From Candidatus Brennerbacteria bacterium (GTDB taxonomy: Bacteria; Patescibacteriota; Minisyncoccia; UBA6257; JACPKE01), in NCBI GenBank assembly GCA_016187205.1, contig JACPKE010000023.1:1-40617 (forward strand): a DNA stretch of 40,617 bases, in the 5' to 3' direction. The position numbers and the translations under genes were made by a program. Every line of letters starts with the position of its first letter. The first letter of the stretch is position 1. Positions 27,249 to 36,455 of the stretch are shown in pieces. The notes under the pieces were generated by a model. It was not told the origin of the DNA and ran no database searches. It saw only the letters and a program-made list of their open reading frames with translations.

Positions 27249-28245
27249 AAATAAAATAGAAAAAAATAAAAAAGATGAGCTGACCGGCTTAATCAGCACG
27301 CTCCAAGACAAATACGGGGAAGGCGCGGTAATGAAACTCGGTGAACAAACGCACATCAAGGTGGAAACAATTCCGACCGGATCTTTTTCTTTGGATTTAG
27401 CCCTTGGTGTCGGCGGATTGCCGCGCGGCAGAGTCATTGAAATTTTCGGACCGGAATCTTCGGGAAAAACTACCCTGGCTCTCCATGCGGTGGCGGAAGC
27501 CCAAAAACTGGGTGGTAAAGCCGCTTTTATTGACGCGGAGCATGCTCTTGATCCGCAATACGCCAAAAGAATCGGCGTCAAAACCGACGAACTGCTTATT
27601 TCCCAGCCAAATAACGGGGAGGAAGCTCTTAATATCCTTGAAAGCCTGGTTCGTTCCGGCATTATTGATGTGGTAGTTATTGATTCGGTGGCGGCTCTTA
27701 CGCCGCAAGCGGAAATAGAAGGCGAAATGGGCGCGCATCATGTCGGATTGCAGGCGCGGTTAATGTCCCAGGCGCTCCGCAAACTGACGGCAATCGCCGC
27801 TAAATCAAAAACAGTTATTATTTTCATCAACCAGATAAGAATGATGATCGGGGTGATGTTCGGCAATCCGGAAACCACTCCTGGCGGCCGAGCTTTAAGG
27901 TTTTACGCCTCTGTCAGAATTGATATCCGCCGGGCCGCGCAGATTAAAAAAGGCGAAGAATCCGTTGGTAATCGCGTTAAAGCCAAAGTCGTAAAAAACA
28001 AAGTGGCGCCGCCTTTTAAAATCGCCGAATTTGACATTATGTACGGCCAGGGAATTTCCTACACCGGCGATGTCGTCAATACCGCTCTTACGCGGGGAGT
28101 TATAACCAAAGCCGGAGCCAGCTATAGCTTTGAAGGAGAAAAGCTCGGAGTAGGAATTGAAAACGTTAAAGCTAAGCTCAAAGAAGACAAAAAAACTCTT
28201 AATGAAATCAAAAAGAAAACCGAAGCCGCGTTTTTAAGCGAATAA
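27235..28245 (+). CDS. recA: Recombinase RecA
   Basis: [33 protein letters not shown]. Confidence 0.99.
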   Translation: MTNDKNKIEKNKKDELTGLISTLQDKYGEGAVMKLGEQTHIKVETIPTGSFSLDLALGVGGLPRGRVIEIFGPESSGKTTLALHAVAEAQKLGGKAAFIDAEHALDPQYAKRIGVKTDELLISQPNNGEEALNILESLVRSGIIDVVVIDSVAALTPQAEIEGEMGAHHVGLQARLMSQALRKLTAIAAKSKTVIIFINQIRMMIGVMFGNPETTPGGRALRFYASVRIDIRRAAQIKKGEESVGNRVKAKVVKNKVAPPFKIAEFDIMYGQGISYTGDVVNTALTRGVITKAGASYSFEGEKLGVGIENVKAKLKEDKKTLNEIKKKTEAAFLSE

Positions 28246-28349
28246 TCTTTATCCCTTTGACTCCTGTGTATTTACAATGAATTTTCATGGTGAGACGATG
28301 GCCTCACCGAGCGCAATATGTATCTGACCTTATGCACATCTAGATGAAA

Positions 28350-28378
28350 TTGACATTACCTTAAAAAAAATATATAAA
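28350..28378 (+). promoter_or_regulatory. Sigma70 promoter
   Basis: TTGACA-17 nt-TATAAA. Confidence 0.65.
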
Positions 28379-28416
28379 AAGACAAGTAATAATTAAAAAC
28401 TGAAAAGGAGGGTGAA

Positions 28417-29628
28417 GTGAAAAAAATATTATTACTGACGACTATTATTTTATTGGCATTATCATTCCGCTTTTCTTATGCCAGCTATGACTTGGGAACC
28501 GAAGTTTCTTTGAAACAAAATTATCTGGAAGATAAAAAACTCGGAACAAGCAGTGTTTTTTCAAGCACGATTAGCGCATGGGAACAAAATCAGCCCACAA
28601 TCGCCGTCAGATATTCAATTGCCGATAATTCCAGCCGAAGCGCGGCCTTTTTACCGCTAATTAAAAAACAATTTGATTTCGGCGCTGGATTAAAGCTGAA
28701 CGAAAATTACATGCTGAAACTCGCTTCTACCCAACTGACGGAAGACAGCCAGAAAAAAAATGAGGCAAAAGATTTTAACGCTTACGGAATTTATCTTAAC
28801 CGCTACGGCAGTTTTTTTAAAAAAACCGAAATAGGAGCTGAATATGATAATACCGGGAAAACGCTTTATTATGGATATAGCCGGATTAATCTCTCGGAAA
28901 AAACAGCCGTGTTAGCGGGTTTTTCAACGGAAAATTCCGAAAAAGATACCGAACAGCGGTTTGGCCTGGCAATAGCGCCAAATTTAAAATCTTATTCCCT
29001 AATTTTCGGCTTAACCCGAAATTTAACAATAAATGACAATGCTAAATTATACGGCCTGGCTTATTTCGGCGCGGAAAATACCGGATTCCCAAGCTTTATA
29101 ACTGTTTTCAGAGATAAACCGGAAAGCAAATATTTTCTGGGAATCGCGGCTTTTGGAGGCAAAGCGCTTAACCAGCGTTCGTATCAAGGAATTTATGACG
29201 TTATGTTTGCGGGAACTCTATCAGGCACAAGAGTAGTTGCCAACAGGAATTTTAACCAAATCGGCGTTTCAAATCTTTATAAAACCCAGGACTACGGAAA
29301 ACTGGTTATAACAACAAGCATCGGTGATATTAAGATCACCGATGCAACATCATTATTTTTTGACTCCGAAGAAATAACATATTCATTTAACGGCAATAAA
29401 CCGGTGCAGCTCTGGTTTTTATCTTTCGGCCATAACGGAGAAACTAATCTGTCTTTTAACCCAATATCCAAGAGCTTAAAAGAAGATTACCAAGAAACTT
29501 TAGTTTTCGGCATTGGCGTAAAATTTTCGGAACAAAAACAAATTTTTGACGTAAACCTGCGAAACTCTTACAGCTTAAACCAATCCGAGTGGTCAGGAGT
29601 ATCGGCTATGCTTAACTTTTATTTTTAA
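28417..29628 (+). CDS. Secreted protein, putative beta-barrel
   Basis: Signal peptide (..SYA-S), alternating beta-strand pattern, terminal MLNFYF; SD AAGGAGG. Confidence 0.75.
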   Translation: MKKILLLTTIILLALSFRFSYASYDLGTEVSLKQNYLEDKKLGTSSVFSSTISAWEQNQPTIAVRYSIADNSSRSAAFLPLIKKQFDFGAGLKLNENYMLKLASTQLTEDSQKKNEAKDFNAYGIYLNRYGSFFKKTEIGAEYDNTGKTLYYGYSRINLSEKTAVLAGFSTENSEKDTEQRFGLAIAPNLKSYSLIFGLTRNLTINDNAKLYGLAYFGAENTGFPSFITVFRDKPESKYFLGIAAFGGKALNQRSYQGIYDVMFAGTLSGTRVVANRNFNQIGVSNLYKTQDYGKLVITTSIGDIKITDATSLFFDSEEITYSFNGNKPVQLWFLSFGHNGETNLSFNPISKSLKEDYQETLVFGIGVKFSEQKQIFDVNLRNSYSLNQSEWSGVSAMLNFYF

Positions 29629-29632
29629 ATTT

Positions 29633-29662
29633 AAAGCCCCTGGATAATAAATCAGGGGCTTA
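29633..29662. terminator. Bidirectional terminator
   Basis: AAGCCCCTG..CAGGGGCTT followed by a T-rich tract. Confidence 0.7.
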
Positions 29663-29667
29663 ATTTT

Positions 29668-29817
29668 TTAACGAAAAGGGCCATTTTCGCAATCGCACTG
29701 ACCCTTACAATTGCACTGTTTTTGATGACAACAATCATTAGAAGAGCAATTCTTTTTTGATTTTTTTCTATTTTTACCAAATAAAGACTCAAAAAACATT
29801 TTAATCCTCTTCTTCAT
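29668..29817 (-). CDS. 49-aa Cys-rich, metallothionein-like peptide (not in ORF track)
   Basis: AAGGAGG SD; ...NCSSNDCCHQKQCNCKGQCDCENGPFR. Confidence 0.65.
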   Translation of the reverse strand: MKKRIKMFFESLFGKNRKKSKKNCSSNDCCHQKQCNCKGQCDCENGPFR

Positions 29818-29898
29818 TTTCGCCTCCTTATAATTTTATTAAATTAACCGTCTATTAACTTACAATTATTTTAAAATTAAAGCAAATTTTTTATAATT

Positions 29899-30773
29899 TT
29901 AATTCCCTGCATTCAATTTATAAAAATTCTCAAAAATTTTAGCTACAACAATCGGACCGGTTCCGCCTGGAGTCGGAGTGTAAAATGCTAATTGACTTTT
30001 AACATCTGACAATTGACTAACGTCAAAATCACCGGCTGGTTTGCCGCCTGAATATTCATAACCAAAATCAATAATTCCGGCGTCGTCTTTAAGCATATCC
30101 GGCTTGATTAGTCCGGCTTTGCCAACGCCGGAAATCACTAAATCAGCTTGTTTTAAAAGATTAAAATCACTGCCTCTGGCCAAAAGATAAATTTCAGGAC
30201 ATTGTCCTGCCAGCCAAGTCGCTATTGGCTTGCCAATAAGACATCCTAAACCGACAACAGCCACTTTTTTAGCGAGTAGCGAGTAGCTAGTAGCAAATAG
30301 AATTTCTTGCACAGCGCCGACAGCCGGCGGCAACACCGGATTACGGCCCGCGTAAAACGCTCCTGGCGATTTAAATGCTCCGGCAAAGGCAATTGGACAA
30401 TCATGCCGCCAACAGGTTTTTGCAAAGCGATTTTTAAAACTTCCTTGCGCGCGCCATCGTTAGTCATTCCTTTAACAGCGGCATCGGAAAATTTATAAAT
30501 TTTAAAATCAATTCCGAGTTCTTTGGCGGCGTTTTCTTTTTGTTTTAAAAAATTTTCAGAAATCGCGTTTTCTCCAAACAAAATCGCCGCAAACCTTTTT
30601 TTCGGCCGCGGCTGGGTTTTTAATCGCGCAAATATTTCTTCTTTTATCCCCACACCTTCCAAAATACTCTGTGGTCTTATCATAGAAATAAATAGCTTAA
30701 AATCCTTCCCGCAAAGTTTAATATCCTATTGGAAGGTGTAGGGATTTATTTTCCTGCCGTTAATAATCTGCAC
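29899..30773 (-). pseudogene. folD: FolD (methylene-THF dehydrogenase/cyclohydrolase), disrupted by a MITE and a frameshifting deletion
   Basis: GTG start MQIINGRKI|KEEIF interrupted; VQLPLP and TPTPGGTGP lie in different frames; the KDVD segment is missing. Confidence 0.85.
30646..30745. mobile_element. 100-bp MITE with 17-bp TIRs and 2-bp TSD, inside folD
   Basis: TT|ATCCCCACACCTTCCAA ... TTGGAAGGTGTAGGGAT|TT. Confidence 0.82.
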
Positions 30774-30783
30774 GCGTTTTAAA

Positions 30784-33135
30784 TTATTGCGCCGGATAAG
30801 GAGATGGGTAACCGCTTTGATACTGCTGTTGGTATTGCTGATATTGGTCAGGCGAAGGATAAGTCGGAGCATACTGTTGTAAAAATCTGTCATATCCGCA
30901 GTTAGGATGATTGACAATCAGCTTTTGAATTTCTTGACGGCAAATATCCGAAGCAATATTTTCCTTACAAGCCAAGGGCATTACAAAAGCAGGACAAACA
31001 GCTGTTGTTCCAGCGCCCGGTTCAATAGTTCCGCTTGGCAAACTCTTTTGCCATCCTTGCGGCACATCGCAAGGAGTTGGAAATTCCTTGCAAACTCCGG
31101 AGGCCGGATCGCAAGCGCGCGTTATAACCTGAATGCAATACTCGGGTCGCGTGGACGACTGTTCCGCTGTTCCTGCCTGCTTACAGCCGTAATAAACGCC
31201 GCATTCCGGTGAATTAAATACTTGGTATTTAATCTGCCCTTCGGGACAGGAATCAACTGTCGGCATTTTCGGGCACATTCCGGTTTTAATCGGCAATGGC
31301 TGCGGCGGCATCATATTATTACCAATATTTCCGCGGAAACATCCGGCATATTTAAAACGCTCTCCGGGATTCCCAGCCACTAATTCTTTAACTTTCTGCT
31401 CGCAAACCGCGCTACCCGGCTCTTTTTGGCACTCATCTATGGGACATTCTAATGGTCCGCCATAACCTGAACTTGAACCAAAAGATCCGCCCATCATTCC
31501 ACCCTGCTGCATCATTCCACCCTGCTGCATCATTCCGCCTGGGCGCATACCTTGCTGACCGTCAAATCGCATACATTCCTCACCATGACTAGCGCAATAA
31601 TTCATGCATTCTTCCGGAGTGCGACAGCCGCCCGGCCCTCCAAAACGGGGCATTCCGCTTCCCGGCATTGTTCCACTGCTCATCATTCCTTGCCTAAAAC
31701 CATTTTCTCGGCCTTCCATTGGCATAAAACCTTCTCTTCTTTCACCTTGAAAAGGCATTATTTTTTCAAAACAAGAACGCATTTTATCCTTAATATCAAA
31801 ATTAATCTCCCCTTTGCCTTCAGATAAATTTTCAAAATCGCTTCCTAGTGCGTCTTTTAAACAAGCCTGCGCTTCCGGCGGTGCATTCTTTAAAATTTCT
31901 TCCAGCTTAGGCATTGCCGGCTTCGGCATACTTTCAAAACAGGCGCGCATTTTTTCGCCGATTTCCGGAGAAGGCACGGCTTCGCCTGAACGGATTTTTT
32001 CAAAATCAGCTCCAAGCTTTTCCTGCATACATGCCAGCATTTCCGGCGGCATATGCTCAAAAGCTTCTTTAGGCGCGGCAACGCGTCCCATATGAGTTTC
32101 AAAACATGAACGCATTCTATTGCCAATATCCGGACCAGGGGTCAAACGCCCGGCCTTGATGTCTTCAATAATATTTTCTCCAAGGTTAGCTTTTAAACAT
32201 TCCGCGACTTCCGGCGGAGCGTTTTCCAGGCCTATTCTCATATGCCCCATACTTTCTTTCATCCGCTGGGCATCTTCTTCTTTTATAAACCCATGCTCTT
32301 TCGCAAAATTAAAACAAGTTTCCTGGTTTGCCTGGTCATTGCAAAAAGCTTCGCACGCGTCTTTTGTTTTACAGCCGCCAGGACCGCCTTCCTGCATAAA
32401 ACGGCGGAATTCATTGGCTTGATCGGCTTTAATAAATCCGGCCTTAACCCCGAAATCAAAACATTCCTGCTGATGGCTTGAATCGGAACAATAAGCCTCA
32501 CAGGCTTCGCGGGACTGGCAACCCCCAGGAGATTCTCCTTTAGACATTAACTCATGCGCTTTTTTAGCAATGCCGATTTCTTCTTTAGGCAAAACTCCGG
32601 ATTGTTCGGCAAAAGCCAAGCATTCATCGGCATGGTTTGACTGCGAACAATAAGATTCGCAAGCTTGACGGTTGCGGCAGTTCCCCGGAAGTTTTGCGCC
32701 GGAACGCAAAGCTTTGGCTACTTTTTTCGCTTCACCGATTTCATCGGAAGGCAACAAATTATTAGCTTCGGCAAATTTAAGGCAGGTTTGAATATTAGCA
32801 ATATCTTCGCAGTAAGCCCGGCATTCGGATTCTGTTTTGCATCCGCCGGGTCCGCCGCCGGATTCCAAAATTCCGGTTAATTTATCAATCCGATTCTCAA
32901 CTGCGCTCTGGTCAATTTTTACGGTAAAACCATGCTTGGCGGCAAACTCCGAACAAGCTTTAAAATTTTCTGTTCGGTCACAATACGCTTTACACTGGCT
33001 TTGGTTAACACAATTACCCAGCTCTTCAACCGGAAAAGTAATATCAAAAGGATTGGCCGCAAAAACAATATAAGCGCTTAACAAAGCGGCGAAGCTTAAA
33101 GATAAAATTCCTAAAATTTTATGAGTTTTCATCAT
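30784..33135 (-). CDS. Large secreted Cys-repeat protein, 783 aa
   Basis: Signal/TM helix; six PGGC-x5-C-x3-C..C..F type repeats; three PPE..C repeats; Met/Gly- and Tyr/Gln-rich tracts. Confidence 0.9.
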   Translation of the reverse strand: MMKTHKILGILSLSFAALLSAYIVFAANPFDITFPVEELGNCVNQSQCKAYCDRTENFKACSEFAAKHGFTVKIDQSAVENRIDKLTGILESGGGPGGCKTESECRAYCEDIANIQTCLKFAEANNLLPSDEIGEAKKVAKALRSGAKLPGNCRNRQACESYCSQSNHADECLAFAEQSGVLPKEEIGIAKKAHELMSKGESPGGCQSREACEAYCSDSSHQQECFDFGVKAGFIKADQANEFRRFMQEGGPGGCKTKDACEAFCNDQANQETCFNFAKEHGFIKEEDAQRMKESMGHMRIGLENAPPEVAECLKANLGENIIEDIKAGRLTPGPDIGNRMRSCFETHMGRVAAPKEAFEHMPPEMLACMQEKLGADFEKIRSGEAVPSPEIGEKMRACFESMPKPAMPKLEEILKNAPPEAQACLKDALGSDFENLSEGKGEINFDIKDKMRSCFEKIMPFQGERREGFMPMEGRENGFRQGMMSSGTMPGSGMPRFGGPGGCRTPEECMNYCASHGEECMRFDGQQGMRPGGMMQQGGMMQQGGMMGGSFGSSSGYGGPLECPIDECQKEPGSAVCEQKVKELVAGNPGERFKYAGCFRGNIGNNMMPPQPLPIKTGMCPKMPTVDSCPEGQIKYQVFNSPECGVYYGCKQAGTAEQSSTRPEYCIQVITRACDPASGVCKEFPTPCDVPQGWQKSLPSGTIEPGAGTTAVCPAFVMPLACKENIASDICRQEIQKLIVNHPNCGYDRFLQQYAPTYPSPDQYQQYQQQYQSGYPSPYPAQ

Positions 33136-33144
33136 AATTAATTG

Positions 33145-33435
33145 TTATTGTGAAAATGGATTTTTATAAACACTTTCAAAAGGATTCAAAGGGGCGGAAA
33201 AAGGATTGGCTTCCGGTAATTTCCCTGCAACCGGATTTTCAACCTGGGAAACAATATCAGAACCTAAACCTTCGGCTGGTTTTGCTATAGACGCTTTTGG
33301 CTGAACCGAAACAGGAACCGGAGCATAAGAAAAAAATAAATTAAAAAATTCCTGACGCCAAAAATAAACAGCTGCCGTAGCCGCAATAATTGCTATTAAT
33401 ATAAAAATAGAAATGGCATTTTCACTTTTGCTCAT
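33145..33435 (-). CDS. Small membrane-anchored protein with NPF repeats
   Basis: N-terminal TM; three NPF motifs at the C-terminus. Confidence 0.75.
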   Translation of the reverse strand: MSKSENAISIFILIAIIAATAAVYFWRQEFFNLFFSYAPVPVSVQPKASIAKPAEGLGSDIVSQVENPVAGKLPEANPFSAPLNPFESVYKNPFSQ

Positions 33436-33490
33436 AATATTGTTATTATAGCATATTAAAATTTACGAATGCAGTATAACGGCAAAAAAC

Positions 33491-33865
33491 TTAATTATTT
33501 TCAATAATTACCGATTTTTTTACTTTAATATCACTTAAAATTTTAACTATCTGCTTTTTAAAGACCGGTAAGTCGTCTTGAATGGTTTTCCATAATATTT
33601 CTTCATCAATGCCAAAATATTCATGAATTACTTTATTCCTCATGCTTTTAATTTCGTTCCAGGCCACATTTGAATTTTTGGCTTTTATTCCTTCGGGAAT
33701 ATTTTTTACCGCTTCACCAATAACTGAAAGATTCCTAATAACCGCATCAATTATTTGTTCATTTTTGGAAAATTTTTCAAAATTAACGCCACGCGTATAT
33801 TTCTCTATTTTTCTGATAGAATCTTTAATATCTTCCAAATAAAGTTTTATTCCTCTTTTAGACAT
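33491..33865 (-). CDS. HEPN/DUF86 (HepT-like) RNase toxin
   Basis: IGEA, MRNKVIHEYF (RX4H motif followed by Y). Confidence 0.9.
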   Translation of the reverse strand: MSKRGIKLYLEDIKDSIRKIEKYTRGVNFEKFSKNEQIIDAVIRNLSVIGEAVKNIPEGIKAKNSNVAWNEIKSMRNKVIHEYFGIDEEILWKTIQDDLPVFKKQIVKILSDIKVKKSVIIENN

Positions 33866-34148
33866 ATTGCACTTCTTTAAGAATTTCTTTTTTAACTGCT
33901 GATTTGATAGCTTTCTTGGAAATTAAATCCACTTTTTTCCGTAAAACGCGGCTCAATAAATTTTCCAACCGAATAAAATCAAAAAAGCCGATGGGGATTT
34001 CAAATTCCACCAGAATATCCAAATCGCTTCCTATCTTCTGCTCGCCGCGAACAAAAGAACCGAAAATCCCGATTTTTTTAACATGATATTTTGCTTTAAT
34101 CAAAGGAAGTTGTTCATGAATTTTTTCCCGTATTTTTTCATTTTCCAT
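33858..34148 (-). CDS. MNT (MntA-like) nucleotidyltransferase antitoxin
   Basis: IFGSFVRGEQ...SDLDILVEF, KVDL. Confidence 0.9.
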   Translation of the reverse strand: MENEKIREKIHEQLPLIKAKYHVKKIGIFGSFVRGEQKIGSDLDILVEFEIPIGFFDFIRLENLLSRVLRKKVDLISKKAIKSAVKKEILKEVQYV

Positions 34149-34356
34149 ATAGTATAAGCATAATAAATAAAAGAAAAAATAACAATTTTACAAAAAACTG
34201 AAACTCTGACTTTTTTAATTTATCAACTACGCGATTTTGTTACGCTCTTCTGACATTATTTTTTTAATTTTTGTTTAACATACTAATTTATAATATTAAA
34301 CCTATGCAAGCGTGCAGATTTTATTTTAAACTTACCTTGAATAAAAACCTGTAAAA

Positions 34357-35595
34357 TTAATAACGTAAAGGAAATTTTTTTGCCAATAAGCTGATTTTTT
34401 TCGCCAATACCGCAACTTGTTCTTTCTGCAAAACAGCGAAATAAACCAGTTGCGCTATATCAACCATTTCACGCTCTTTCATTCCCCGGCTTGTCACCGA
34501 AGGAGTTCCCAAACGAAGCCCGCTCGGCTTAAAAGGCGATTTATCTTCAGGCACAACATTGCGATTGGCTAAAATACCGATAGTTTCCAACCGTTTTTCC
34601 GCGGTCATTCCGTCAACCCCAACGTTTTTTAAATCAATCACCATTAAATGATTATCGGTTCCGCCTGTTATTAAATCAAAACCCCGCTCAATTAAAGCTC
34701 TTGACAACGATTGGCTATTTTTAATTATTTGTTCTTGATATTTTTTAAATTCCGGCTTTAAAGCCTCATTAAACATTCCCGCGATAGCCGCGATAGTATG
34801 GTTATGAGGCCCGCCCTGCATTCCGGGAAAAACAGCCTTATCAATCAATTCAGCCAGTTCTTTTTTGCAAAAAATAATCGCTCCCCTTGGACCGCGCAAA
34901 GTCTTATGAGTCGTGGCCATTACCGCGTCGCTGTAAGAAAACGGCGATTGCTGAAGCCCGGCCGCCACCAAACCGGCAATATGAGAAATATCAGCAATAT
35001 GGTAAGCCTGGACTTTTTTAGCGATTATCCCTATTTTTTTAAAATCAACTTTACGCGGATAAGAAGTGAAGCCGGAAATAATTATTCTTGGCTTGTGCTT
35101 TTTTGCCAAACGTTCAATTTCACGGTAATTAATCAGCCCGGTCGCCTGATTAATCCCGTATTGAATGCTTTTATAGATCCGGCCGGAAAAATTAACATTA
35201 TGGCCGTGAGTCAAATGCCCGCCGCCGAAAAGCGACATTCCCATCAAAACTTCGCCGGGCTTCATTAAAGCCGAATAAATTTCAAGATTAGCCGGAGAAC
35301 CGGAATACGGCTGAACATTAACATGCCATTTTTTAGGGTTCAATTTAAAAGCTTTAAGCGCCCGCTCTTTGGCCAGATTTTCTATAGCGTCATAATACTT
35401 ATTGCCAGGATAATAACGTTTCCCAGGATAACCTTCGGAGTATTTATTTGCGAGTGGCGAGCCAAGCGCTTCAAGAAGCTGCGGAGAAATAATATTTTCC
35501 GAAGGAATCAAATCAATAGTTTCCTGCTGACGTTTTATTTCAGCCGTTATTAAACGGCAAAGCAAAGGGTCAGATTTTTTTAAAAACTTAAACAT
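34357..35595 (-). CDS. glyA: Serine hydroxymethyltransferase
   Basis: LIPSEN, NKYSEGYPG, GGHLTHG, TTHKTLRGPRG. Confidence 0.97.
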   Translation of the reverse strand: MFKFLKKSDPLLCRLITAEIKRQQETIDLIPSENIISPQLLEALGSPLANKYSEGYPGKRYYPGNKYYDAIENLAKERALKAFKLNPKKWHVNVQPYSGSPANLEIYSALMKPGEVLMGMSLFGGGHLTHGHNVNFSGRIYKSIQYGINQATGLINYREIERLAKKHKPRIIISGFTSYPRKVDFKKIGIIAKKVQAYHIADISHIAGLVAAGLQQSPFSYSDAVMATTHKTLRGPRGAIIFCKKELAELIDKAVFPGMQGGPHNHTIAAIAGMFNEALKPEFKKYQEQIIKNSQSLSRALIERGFDLITGGTDNHLMVIDLKNVGVDGMTAEKRLETIGILANRNVVPEDKSPFKPSGLRLGTPSVTSRGMKEREMVDIAQLVYFAVLQKEQVAVLAKKISLLAKKFPLRY

Positions 35596-35596
35596 A

Positions 35597-35728
35597 CCCA
35601 GTAGTAGAAACTCGATTGATTAATTATAATTCGTTGACCCTTGGTTAATCATTGTTTATTGAACCAGCAATGTTCATTCTTTAAACTCTCTCCGACTTTG
35701 TCGGAGGAATCGAGTTTTCACTACTGGG
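35597..35728. mobile_element. 132-bp MITE, TSD CATA, at the glyA start codon
   Basis: CATA|CCCAGTAGTAGAAACTCGAT ... ATCGAGTTTTCACTACTGGG|CATA. Confidence 0.85.
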
Positions 35729-35740
35729 CATATTTTAACA

Positions 35741-35836
35741 AATACGAAACAACGAATTTCATCAAAATATTTCCAATCAATCCGAATTTATTCGGATATA
35801 TTCGTAGATTCGGATTCATTTGTAGATTTGCATCGG
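35741..35836. repeat. Degenerate CGAA/TTCG inverted repeat array
   Basis: CGAA units face TTCG units around TCCGAATTTATTCGGA; resembles the GxxExxY-element ends. Confidence 0.5.
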
Positions 35837-35988
35837 TCATATTTAAAATAACAAAAAAGCTCCTGTTAACCAAGAGCTTAAAAAAAATTCAATATCAATG
35901 CCAAATTTTTGACCATAAACAAAATAATTTATATAGTTATTTAAGATATTTAAAATTAAAAAGTGTCGCAAAAATAAGGAGGGCCGCC

Positions 35989-36291
35989 TTGAGCAAACTG
36001 GGAATTATATTAACGAGCATCTGTTTGCTTGATTTAATCGGAACAATATTTGCAATACATTTTGGGTATGGAAAAGAAAGAAATCCGATATTAGCTTATT
36101 TTTTTGAACGTTGGGGATTAACCGGCCTTGCTCTTTCTAAAATTCTTTTAACAATAGTTGCGATTTCTATTTTTGAAACAATTTTAAAATTCAATTTAAC
36201 AAGCCGGCAAAAAGTGGAAATGTGCTACAAAATTACGATTTGGGGCTACTTATTAATTCTTATAGGAAGTATTGCGTATTTCAATTTATAG
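35989..36291 (+). CDS. DUF5658-like small membrane protein, 100 aa
   Basis: TAAGGAGG SD with TTG start; LLD..GT....G...E.NP. Confidence 0.7.
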   Translation: MSKLGIILTSICLLDLIGTIFAIHFGYGKERNPILAYFFERWGLTGLALSKILLTIVAISIFETILKFNLTSRQKVEMCYKITIWGYLLILIGSIAYFNL

Positions 36292-36380
36292 CCGCCTAAC
36301 AAAAACGAACGGCGGTTTTTTATTTTTACCCCCAAAGATATATACCGCGTTGCTTATCAAAAATATTTCTAATTTAGTAA

Positions 36381-36424
36381 AGTTTTAGTCAACTATACGC
36401 GATCGCGCGTAGTTGACTAAAACT
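36381..36424. repeat. Long near-perfect palindrome
   Basis: AGTTTTAGTCAACTATACGCGATCGCGCGTAGTTGACTAAAACT. Confidence 0.7.
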
Positions 36425-36455
36425 AAAATTTAATAAAAATGGATTGCGACGAAAC

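Noticed and set aside
28284..28350. Purine or fluoride riboswitch
   Set aside because: The conserved junction nucleotides are absent and it lies upstream of the predicted promoter.
30246..30400. Programmed ribosomal frameshift in folD
   Set aside because: No slippery site at the junction and a conserved segment is missing, which indicates a deletion.
35641..35988. N-terminal extension of the 216-aa ORF
   Set aside because: It runs through a MITE and a repeat array; the SD supports a TTG start at 35989.
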